64,000 nt of DNA, from contig CAZAKN010000001.1 of assembly GCA_964486065.1 (NCBI GenBank), positions 16,657 to 80,656 of the forward strand. The letters are read 5' to 3'. This document shows, one piece after another, positions 37,776 through 46,142 of this stretch. Numbering within the stretch: the first letter of the stretch is position 1; every line of letters begins with the position of its first letter. A model generated the notes under the pieces. The model saw only the letters and a list, made by a program, of their open reading frames with translations. It had not been told where the DNA came from and made no database searches. The translations under genes and the position numbers were made by a program. Source of the stretch: an uncultured Gammaproteobacteria bacterium (GTDB taxonomy: Bacteria; Patescibacteriota; Patescibacteriia; UBA11705; JABHMO01).

Positions 37776-39047
37776 TTATTTATTTTCAATTATGTTTTGA
37801 TTGTCCATGTATGGACGCAAAACCATCGGAATTTCAATTTTTCCATGCTTAGTTTGATTGATTTCCAATATCGGGATTAGTAATCTTGGACCGGCCGCCA
37901 CGGTATTGTTCAAAGTATGACAAAAATGTGTTTGACCTTCTTTATCCTTGTAACGCAAATTCAATCTACGCGCTTGAAAATCAAGCAAAGTTGAACAAGA
38001 GTGTGTTTCTCCATAATTATCGCGACTTGGCATCCAAGTTTCAATATCATTCATGTAATGTTTCCCTTGCCCCATATCACCGGTGCAAATATTCAAAACG
38101 CGATAAGGCAAATTTAAACTTTGTAAAAACTCTTCGGAATTGCCAAGCATTTCTTCGTGGAATTGACGACTGACTTCTTTATCATTGCGACAGATCACGA
38201 ATTGTTCCACTTTTACGAATTGATGCACGCGATAAAGACCATGAGTATCTTTGCCGTAACTGCCCGATTCCCTGCGAAAACAAAGTGATAAGGACGCGTA
38301 ACGAATCGGCAAATCTTCTTCTCGCAAAATTTCATTTCTATGCATGGACGCGATGGCGACCTCCGATGTGCCGACCAAATATTTATCATCTTTTTCCAAA
38401 TAATACACATCATCGCTTTCCGCGGGAAGATGCCCCGTCCCCCACAAAGCGTCTTCATCCACCATAACCGGCAAAGACAATAATTTGTAACCTTTGCGAG
38501 CGATGAAATCCTGAGCATATTTCATAAGCGCGCTTTCCAAGCGAGCACCATCACCTTTCAAAGCATAAGATCTGGTCCCTGCAATTTTCACGGCTCTGGG
38601 AATATCAATAATATCCAAAGCTTCTCCCAATTCTTCGTGTGATTTGAATTGAAAATCAAATTTCGGTTTTTCGCCCCATGCTTTAATTTCCACATTATCA
38701 TTATCATCCTTCCCCACCGGAGTTCGTTCATCCACCGGCATGGGAACTTGGAACATTAGCTTTTTGAATTCTTTATCCAAAGGAATTAATTTTTTTTCCA
38801 GCTTTTTCTCTTGTTCTCCCACTTGTTTCATTTCCGCAAATGCTTCCTTTTTTGACTCTTCATCCATTTGTGGAATTTTTTTGGATACCGCGTTCTTTTC
38901 CGCTTTTAATTCTTCCACTTGTTTACGCAATTCTTTGCGGTCTTCCTCCAGTTTTAAAAGCCGATCAAAATTCAAATCAATGTTTTTTTGTTCAGCCGTA
39001 TTTTTGAATAATTCTAAATTTTCACGAATAAATTTAATATCCTGCAT
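37776..39047 (-). CDS. serS: Serine--tRNA ligase
   Basis: N-terminal coiled arm, GTSE, FRRESG, GLYRVHQF, HTLNNT. Confidence 0.97.
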   Translation of the reverse strand: MQDIKFIRENLELFKNTAEQKNIDLNFDRLLKLEEDRKELRKQVEELKAEKNAVSKKIPQMDEESKKEAFAEMKQVGEQEKKLEKKLIPLDKEFKKLMFQVPMPVDERTPVGKDDNDNVEIKAWGEKPKFDFQFKSHEELGEALDIIDIPRAVKIAGTRSYALKGDGARLESALMKYAQDFIARKGYKLLSLPVMVDEDALWGTGHLPAESDDVYYLEKDDKYLVGTSEVAIASMHRNEILREEDLPIRYASLSLCFRRESGSYGKDTHGLYRVHQFVKVEQFVICRNDKEVSRQFHEEMLGNSEEFLQSLNLPYRVLNICTGDMGQGKHYMNDIETWMPSRDNYGETHSCSTLLDFQARRLNLRYKDKEGQTHFCHTLNNTVAAGPRLLIPILEINQTKHGKIEIPMVLRPYMDNQNIIENK

Positions 39048-39173
39048 ATTTTTTAAATATGAATAAATCTTTTAACATTATACAAAATTTAGCCAAATTT
39101 TACAAAATCACAATCAACAATCGTTCACACAATCAAAAAACGGGATCTTGCCCCGTTTTTGATGTCATTTAGG

Positions 39174-39635
39174 CTATTTGATTTCAATGATTTTATATTC
39201 CAGCAAACCGATCGGCGCTTCCACTTGAACAATATTACCTGGTTTTTTTCCGATAAAAGCTTGTCCCATAGGAGAATCATTGGAAATTTTCCCGTTGACC
39301 GGATCGGCTTCGTTAAATCCCACAATCGTTAATTCTTTTTGCACGCCGTTTTTTTCCACCACAAAATTTGAGCCGATTTGAATACTTTCTTTATCAGTGG
39401 CGTTTTCCTGCATTATGGCTTTTTTCAAAATTGTCTCAATTTCCACCACTCTGGCCGCGTACATGCCTTGTTGATCCTTAGCATCGTGATATTCCGCGTT
39501 TTCCGACAAATCCCCCATTTCCTTGGCTTCTTCAATTTTTTTGATGATGTCCGGAATTTTAACTTGCTTCAACTCTTGCAACTCTTGCTCCAATTTAGTT
39601 TTTCCTTCCGGCGTTAATATAATTTCTTCATTCAT
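39174..39635 (-). CDS. greA: Transcription elongation factor GreA
   Basis: GDLSENAEY, EADP..GKISNDSPMG. Confidence 0.95.
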   Translation of the reverse strand: MNEEIILTPEGKTKLEQELQELKQVKIPDIIKKIEEAKEMGDLSENAEYHDAKDQQGMYAARVVEIETILKKAIMQENATDKESIQIGSNFVVEKNGVQKELTIVGFNEADPVNGKISNDSPMGQAFIGKKPGNIVQVEAPIGLLEYKIIEIK

Positions 39636-39714
39636 ATTTTACGAGTCAATTAAATTCAGGCCCGATCGGACCTGATTGTAAATATATTGTAAACATAATA
39701 AAAAGTGCTGTCAA

Positions 39715-41730
39715 CTAATTATAAACAGTGAAATACCAACTTAGAAATTGATGCGCTATGCGCGCGGCAATACCACTTCCTTCTACTCCTTCTTCCACCA
39801 AAATTACCATGGCCAATTCGGGATTATCATAGGGAGCGAACGCGATCATCCAAGCGTGCGGATCACTATCGGTTTTCCATTGTGCTGTTCCGGTTTTGGC
39901 GGCCGCTCTGACAGGTAACGAACTTAAGATACGGGCACTACCCGATTGTGCGGCTCTAAGCATTCCCGATCTGACGATTTCAATGTTTTCCGCTGAAGCT
40001 ATCCGCGGATTCACGACTTCCGGTTTAACGAAAATATTTTTCTCTCGGTCCTGATCATAATATCTGTCCAAGAGTTGCGGTTTGTATAAAGTGCCACCAT
40101 TGGCAAAAGCCGCGGTATAGGACAAAACTTGAATCGGCGTAACCAAAATATCTCCCTGTCCGATCGCCAAGTGATAAGTATCACCAATGTACCAAGGCTC
40201 ATTTTTAACTTCGCTTTTCCAGTTTGGATCGGGCAAAAATCCATTTCTTTCACCGGGCAAATCTATACCGGTTAATTTATTCAAACCGAATAATTCCGCG
40301 TAATACTTTATTTTATTTACTCCCAAACCGACAAAATCATTATGACCACCACCGATTATGTAGAAAAAAGTGTTTACTGATTCAGCCAAAGCCTTGGTCA
40401 CATCCGTAACTCCGTGCCCGCCGGTTTTCCAGTCCGGGAAAAACCATTCCGATATTCGCAAACCTCCGACACTGACAAAAGAAGTTGTTGCGTCAATAAT
40501 ATTTTCTTCCAATGCCGCTAACGCTACAATCGGTTTGAAGATTGAACCTGAAGGATATTCACCGTTTACCGCGCGATTAAACAAAGGTTTATCTTCATCT
40601 TCAATCAATTTTTGATAATCAGCGGAGGTAATTCCTCGGGTGAATAAATTATTATCATAAGCGGGTAAGCTGACAAAACCAAGTATTTTACCTGTTTGAG
40701 TTTGCATTATCAATCCCACGGCACGATGTTTTTCTTCCTTTTGTAAATGTTCGGTCATGATTTGTTCCAACTTGGCTTGGATGTGAAAATCCAAAGCCAA
40801 ATACAAATTATCTCCTTTGCGCACCGGTTCCTTGGCCAATATTTTTACGATATTACCCGAAGCGTCAATTTCCACTTTTTCAACACCGTAGCGACCTCTC
40901 AATTGCTTTTCATAAGTCGCCTCAATCCCCGTCTTGCCGATAAGATCGTTAAACAAATAACCATGACTACGCAATTCCGCGTATTCATCGGCGTTAATTT
41001 TTCCTTCATATCCGATTACATGCGACAAAGCCAAACTCCTTTCATCCATTTCGCCGAAAATATATTGTCTTCGCGGAGTTACCTCCACGCTCAAGCCCGG
41101 CACGGTCGCGCTCTCAACTCGCATTTTTAACGCGATTTCAGTCGGAATATCACTTAAAACTTCCATCGGTTCAAAATATTCCTTACGCGAAGGCGTTATT
41201 TCCTTGATATTGTTGACACGCACTTTATCTTTTTCGTCCAAGAATATATATTCGTTTAACCATTCTTCCAATCCGGTAATACTCATTTCTGAGTTTTTAA
41301 ATTCTTTCGGCACGATAAAAACTGAAAATGCCGGCACATTGGCCACCAAAGGGACACCGCGACGATCATAAATAATACCGCGCGGGGCTGGTTCAAAAAA
41401 AACGCGAATATGATTATCTTCGGCCAAGACAGCGTAATGCTCACCTTGCCAAACTTGTAAATATGCCGCTCGCGTAAACAAAATAAAAACTCCCAAGAAA
41501 ACCACTATTCCGAAAATCAACAAGGTTTTTGAGGAAACTCCCAAACCCAAAAAATTTTTATTGCCCGCGGATAATTCCTCATTGGAATAATTAAAATACA
41601 CTTCTTCCGCCCAAACTTTGTTATTTCTCGCAGCCAAGCTGGAATCCGTCAAACCTTCAATGTCGGTTAAAAAAATTGACTCATGCTCCTGAGATTTTGA
41701 TTGAAACAATTTTTTTAAAAAATCAAACAT
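39715..41730 (-). CDS. mrdA: Penicillin-binding protein 2
   Basis: APRGIIYDR, PSGSIFK, SVN, AKTGTAQ; mre operon context. Confidence 0.92.
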   Translation of the reverse strand: MFDFLKKLFQSKSQEHESIFLTDIEGLTDSSLAARNNKVWAEEVYFNYSNEELSAGNKNFLGLGVSSKTLLIFGIVVFLGVFILFTRAAYLQVWQGEHYAVLAEDNHIRVFFEPAPRGIIYDRRGVPLVANVPAFSVFIVPKEFKNSEMSITGLEEWLNEYIFLDEKDKVRVNNIKEITPSRKEYFEPMEVLSDIPTEIALKMRVESATVPGLSVEVTPRRQYIFGEMDERSLALSHVIGYEGKINADEYAELRSHGYLFNDLIGKTGIEATYEKQLRGRYGVEKVEIDASGNIVKILAKEPVRKGDNLYLALDFHIQAKLEQIMTEHLQKEEKHRAVGLIMQTQTGKILGFVSLPAYDNNLFTRGITSADYQKLIEDEDKPLFNRAVNGEYPSGSIFKPIVALAALEENIIDATTSFVSVGGLRISEWFFPDWKTGGHGVTDVTKALAESVNTFFYIIGGGHNDFVGLGVNKIKYYAELFGLNKLTGIDLPGERNGFLPDPNWKSEVKNEPWYIGDTYHLAIGQGDILVTPIQVLSYTAAFANGGTLYKPQLLDRYYDQDREKNIFVKPEVVNPRIASAENIEIVRSGMLRAAQSGSARILSSLPVRAAAKTGTAQWKTDSDPHAWMIAFAPYDNPELAMVILVEEGVEGSGIAARIAHQFLSWYFTVYN

Positions 41731-41736
41731 ATCAAA

Positions 41737-42276
41737 TTAATGTTTCACCGTATCAATAAAGCCGGCTTGAAAGCGTCTGACAAACAATCCGGACAAAATA
41801 TAGACAAGCAAAATGAAAATCGTATTGATTAGAAGCGACCAAAGGAAGATTTCCGCGTACATGGAAGCATAAGCGAAGCCTTGAAAATTATCCGCTGAAA
41901 AATACCAAACATAAGCGCCAGCACAAAGGGAAATAATCAAGTGATAACAAAAAGTTCCAGCCGCAGTCAAAACGATCAATGAATAAATTGATTTATTGGT
42001 AAACAATACCTGAAACAGATAATAACACAAAAGCAAAGTCGTCAACAAAGCCAACATCACCACGCCGTAACCAAAGCCGGAAAATATTTCCAAAATCACC
42101 GCAAAACCCAAACCGTAAATTAAGGCTTTGTTAAAACCGTAAACCATAAGCAAATAAATCATTAACACCAAGCAAAGATCAAGCTGAGCCGCCCGCCAGG
42201 GCAAATTACCAACCAAGCCGATTTGCAAAGACGCGAATAAAAGAATGCCAAAACTATTTTTGATCGCTGTTTTCAT
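41737..42276 (-). CDS. mreD: Rod shape-determining membrane protein MreD-like
   Basis: 5-TM protein positioned between mreC and mrdA. Confidence 0.6.
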   Translation of the reverse strand: MKTAIKNSFGILLFASLQIGLVGNLPWRAAQLDLCLVLMIYLLMVYGFNKALIYGLGFAVILEIFSGFGYGVVMLALLTTLLLCYYLFQVLFTNKSIYSLIVLTAAGTFCYHLIISLCAGAYVWYFSADNFQGFAYASMYAEIFLWSLLINTIFILLVYILSGLFVRRFQAGFIDTVKH

Positions 42277-43078
42277 TTTGACCGATTATAACGCTGATTA
42301 AATCTATTTTATTAAAATCCAGAGGCGAAACCACGGTCACTTCTTGAAACAAGGCTTCCGGCTCTTTTTCAATCGCGCTGACGCGACCGATCAAAATCCC
42401 CGGCGGGACCATATCCTCCAAGCCTGAAGTTACCGACAAATCCCCCACTCTCAATTCATCTTGTTGAGAAATAAATCTCATTTTCATGCCCAATCCGAAC
42501 GCGCCTTCCACCAAACCGATAATTTTTTCATCACTCAAAATTTTCGCGCCGACTTTTGAAAGATCGCTATTCAGAAGCAAAACTTGAGAAGTATAAAGAT
42601 TTGTTTCCGAGATTTTGCCGATAAGCACACCATCACCAGCCAGCACCGGAGCACCCGCCTTCACACCATGTTGCGATCCCAGTCCGATGATAATGGTATT
42701 GAATAATTTATCGGTTCCGCGTCCGATTACCCGTCCGCTGATATATTGATAATTTTTTTCTTCAAAAAAATTCATTTGACCGCGCAAAAAATTATTTTCA
42801 TCACGCAATTCCATAAACTCGGCTTTTTGCAATTGCAATTCAAGATTTTCTTGTCGTAATCGTTCATTAACGGAAGATAATTTTTCACGACTTTGCCAAT
42901 TGTCAAAAATTGAAGCGATTCCAGCACTCAATCGCCCAGTCGAAGACACAATCGGCCTAACCACGACCGATAACGCGCTTTCCAGCGGTTTTAATACACC
43001 GATAAAGTGTAAAAAAAACACAAAGGTGATAATGATCACCCCCGCGATAATGGTTCTTGTTGAATTATCTTTAATCAT
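42254..43078 (-). CDS. mreC: Rod shape-determining protein MreC
   Basis: TM, coiled coil (ENNFLR), GSQHGV, VTSGL, PPGILIG. Confidence 0.9.
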   Translation of the reverse strand: MIKDNSTRTIIAGVIIITFVFFLHFIGVLKPLESALSVVVRPIVSSTGRLSAGIASIFDNWQSREKLSSVNERLRQENLELQLQKAEFMELRDENNFLRGQMNFFEEKNYQYISGRVIGRGTDKLFNTIIIGLGSQHGVKAGAPVLAGDGVLIGKISETNLYTSQVLLLNSDLSKVGAKILSDEKIIGLVEGAFGLGMKMRFISQQDELRVGDLSVTSGLEDMVPPGILIGRVSAIEKEPEALFQEVTVVSPLDFNKIDLISVIIGQNENSDQK

Positions 43079-43092
43079 AAATAATACATAAA

Positions 43093-44148
43093 TCAGTGAA
43101 CCATTTTCTCATCATTAGCGCTCGGCAAGGCCACTTCTTTCAATAAAACTTCATCTTCAATCAAATGATTCAAACCACGCACCGTGCAAGTCATGGGATC
43201 ATCCGCCACGCGGACGGGGATTTCAGTTTCACGCGCCAAAGTTTTATCCAAACCCTTCAAGAGCGCGCCTCCTCCGCAAAGCACGATTCCTTTTTCATAA
43301 ATATCCGCCACCAACTCCGGCGGAGTTATTTCCAAAACACTTTTCACCGAATCAATGATTTTACGAACCGATGAAGCCAAGGCTTCCCTGACTTGATAAT
43401 CCGTTACGGTTAATTCTTTCGGCAAACCGGAAATCAAATCACGACCGCGCATCTCCACGGACATGGCTTGGCCGGCTTCTTCGGTTGAACCGATACTTTT
43501 TTTTATTTCGGAAGCGATAATTTCACCGATTAAAATATTGAAATTGTCTCTGGCGTAATTGATAATATTTTTATTCAAATCTTCACCCGCCAAATCCAAG
43601 CTTTTCCAAATTACCGATCCGTTCAAAGAGATAACCGAAATTTCCGTTTTTCCTCCACCCAAATTGATAATCATACTACCGCTGGCACTCTGGATATTTA
43701 ATCTCGCGCCGATGGCCGCGGCAATTATTTCTTCCACCAAATAAACCTTCCCCGCTCCCGCTCCCAAAGCGGCATCCTCCACCGCTTTCTTTTCCACTTC
43801 AGTAACATCCAGCGGAATGGCGATAATCACGGTCGGACGAGCGGTAAAATTGAAATTCTCATTGAAAATTTTATCAAAAAAATATTTGAGCATTTTTTCC
43901 GTAACTTCAAAATCAGAAATTATCCCCTTTTCCAGCGGATTTGTCAGAGTAATATAACCGGGATTTTTACCAATCATTTTTTTGGCGTCAGAACCCACGG
44001 CGATAATTTGATCCAAACGATTATTGACAGCCACCACGGTAGGTTCACGAATCACAATCCCCTTGTCTTGCAAGCAAATCGTGGTATAAGTGGTGCCCAA
44101 ATCAATACCGATTTTTTGGGAAAATTTACTGAAAAATTTCCTAAACAT
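43093..44148 (-). CDS. mreB: Rod shape-determining actin homolog MreB (divergent)
   Basis: GIDLGT, EPTVVA, GIISDF, TPPELVADI, GGGALL. Confidence 0.9.
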   Translation of the reverse strand: MFRKFFSKFSQKIGIDLGTTYTTICLQDKGIVIREPTVVAVNNRLDQIIAVGSDAKKMIGKNPGYITLTNPLEKGIISDFEVTEKMLKYFFDKIFNENFNFTARPTVIIAIPLDVTEVEKKAVEDAALGAGAGKVYLVEEIIAAAIGARLNIQSASGSMIINLGGGKTEISVISLNGSVIWKSLDLAGEDLNKNIINYARDNFNILIGEIIASEIKKSIGSTEEAGQAMSVEMRGRDLISGLPKELTVTDYQVREALASSVRKIIDSVKSVLEITPPELVADIYEKGIVLCGGGALLKGLDKTLARETEIPVRVADDPMTCTVRGLNHLIEDEVLLKEVALPSANDEKMVH

Positions 44149-44169
44149 AAAAGCAAATTTCCCCTCCTA

Positions 44170-45414
44170 TTATAAATTTTGAGAAAAATATTTAAATAAT
44201 TCCTTGTTTTTGACCTTGATTTCCTGCGCTTGATCGCGCCATTTTATCGCTATTTCCGAATTTTTCTGATTTTTATCACTGATAACCGCACGCAATGGCA
44301 ACCCGATCAAGTCGGAGTCTTTGAACTTAACACCGGCACTTTCTTCTCTATCATCAAACAAAACCTCATACCCTTCGGAAATAAGTTTATCGTAAATATC
44401 AAAAGCTTGTTTTCTGACTTTTTCATCCTTGCTCAGTAAAATTAAATGAATTTGATAAGGCGCCACTTGTTTCGGCCAAATTATTCCATTGTCATCATGA
44501 TAAACTTCCACGATTGAACCGACCATTCTGGATGGACCGATCCCATAGCAACCCATTAAAACATCTTGTTTTTCACCTTTTTCATCAATGTATTTAAAGT
44601 CAAACGGCGCTGAGTATTTGGTGTTCAATTTGAAAATATTACCCACTTCAATAGCATTGCTTTCTTGAATTTTAGCGCCACATTCAGGACAAGAATCACC
44701 GGCTTTCAATTTACAAATTTCTTCATTTTGAGCCCAATCACAAGCCGGACAATACTTAACCAAGTCCTCCCCCTGCGGAGCAAAGACTTGATACTCATGA
44801 GATAGTTTGGAAAAAGTTCCACCCGATGCTTCCACCACCTTCGCGTCAAGCCCGACTCTTTGATAAATATTTTTATATGCCACCATGGCTTTTTCGTAAT
44901 ATTCATTCAAACTTTTTTCATCCGCGTGAAAACTGTATAAATCTTTCATATTGAACTCGCGTCCGCGTAAAATCCCCGACTTGGCTCTAGGTTCATCGCG
45001 AAATTTATCTTGAATTTGAAAAACCGTAACCGGCAAATCTTTGTAAGACTCAACGAATTTTTGGACCAGCGGAGTAACCACTTCTTCATGCGTGGCTCCG
45101 AGAGCGTATTCCTTCCCACTTATAGATTGCAATTTAAATAAAACATCAAAATCTTCCCAACGACCGGTTTTTTGCCAATTTTCTTTTGGTGATAAGGCCG
45201 GCATTAAAATTTCTTGCGCGCCAATATTGGACATCTCCTCCCTGATCACGCTTTGTACTTTTTGCAAAACTTTTAAGCCCAAGGGTAAATATGTATAAAC
45301 TCCGGCCATTAATTTATCAATATAACCGCCGCGAATCAAATATTGAGCATTGACACTCACTTCTTCCTTACCTATCTGTTTTCTGGTTTTTCCAAACAAT
45401 TGTGATTGAAGCAT
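44170..45414 (-). CDS. proS: Proline--tRNA ligase (short form lacking full editing insertion)
   Basis: GATHEE, KFRDEPR, REFNMKDLYSF, IEVGNIF, MGCYGIG. Confidence 0.95.
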   Translation of the reverse strand: MLQSQLFGKTRKQIGKEEVSVNAQYLIRGGYIDKLMAGVYTYLPLGLKVLQKVQSVIREEMSNIGAQEILMPALSPKENWQKTGRWEDFDVLFKLQSISGKEYALGATHEEVVTPLVQKFVESYKDLPVTVFQIQDKFRDEPRAKSGILRGREFNMKDLYSFHADEKSLNEYYEKAMVAYKNIYQRVGLDAKVVEASGGTFSKLSHEYQVFAPQGEDLVKYCPACDWAQNEEICKLKAGDSCPECGAKIQESNAIEVGNIFKLNTKYSAPFDFKYIDEKGEKQDVLMGCYGIGPSRMVGSIVEVYHDDNGIIWPKQVAPYQIHLILLSKDEKVRKQAFDIYDKLISEGYEVLFDDREESAGVKFKDSDLIGLPLRAVISDKNQKNSEIAIKWRDQAQEIKVKNKELFKYFSQNL

Positions 45415-45426
45415 ATTATTTGCGTT

Positions 45427-45810
45427 TTATTGTTTATTGAATTTTTTATAAGATATAAAGAATAATTCCACCAGTAAAAACAAAACCACCAAAAGTAACA
45501 AATTCCACCAAGCCAAATATCGGAAACTTTGTAAAACCAAAGTAGCCAAAAATAGCAAAGTGAATAAAATTGATTGGCGTGAAGCAATCTTCACATGTTT
45601 ATTGGCCACGGTATCTCGCGACCATAAATAACGAAACAACACGCCTCCCAAATGGAAAGTACTCATAAAGGCCAAAGCTAAAGTAATATAAAATAAAAGC
45701 TTCGACATGATTCCGCCGGACGGATTCATGAAAACAAGTACACAAACCCAAGCCGACCAAGACGCGACCGTAACAAAACTTAATATAATTAAATATCTGA
45801 ATAAACTCAT
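45427..45810 (-). CDS. 4-TM membrane protein
   Basis: Hydrophobic 127-aa ORF in operon. Confidence 0.65.
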   Translation of the reverse strand: MSLFRYLIILSFVTVASWSAWVCVLVFMNPSGGIMSKLLFYITLALAFMSTFHLGGVLFRYLWSRDTVANKHVKIASRQSILFTLLFLATLVLQSFRYLAWWNLLLLVVLFLLVELFFISYKKFNKQ

Positions 45811-45834
45811 TTTTTCATCTGAATTTTACCATGA

Positions 45835-46140
45835 TTAGCCCATGAATTCAACTTGTTTTTGCACAATTTTTAGCTTAATTACCGTATTTTCTCCAAATTT
45901 ATTATTTATTTGTTCCAGCAACTCCGTTTCGCAAAATTTAACCTCTTGAGCCAAAACCGAACTCTCAACATAAATCATCAAAACTTTGTTTTTTATGGAT
46001 TGCGTTTTAATCCGACCGGCGTTATCGGCTCCAAGTTCACTAAGCAAAATCCGATCAGCGAAATCCACGACCACGGCGGCGGCCACGCTTTTCATCATAC
46101 CACCACTTTTAGTTTCCAGAATTTTTTTTAAATTTTGCAT
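45835..46140 (-). CDS. dciA: DciA/DUF721-family protein
   Basis: IKNKVLMIYVESSVLAQEV..L..IN..FG pattern. Confidence 0.65.
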   Translation of the reverse strand: MQNLKKILETKSGGMMKSVAAAVVVDFADRILLSELGADNAGRIKTQSIKNKVLMIYVESSVLAQEVKFCETELLEQINNKFGENTVIKLKIVQKQVEFMG

Positions 46141-46142
46141 AA

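Noticed and set aside
44161-44168. AGGAGGGG upstream of mreB as a core-gene SD
   Set aside because: Ends 12 nt from the ATG, beyond usual spacing, and the start has the core TTTATG context; kept as a caveat to the SD dichotomy
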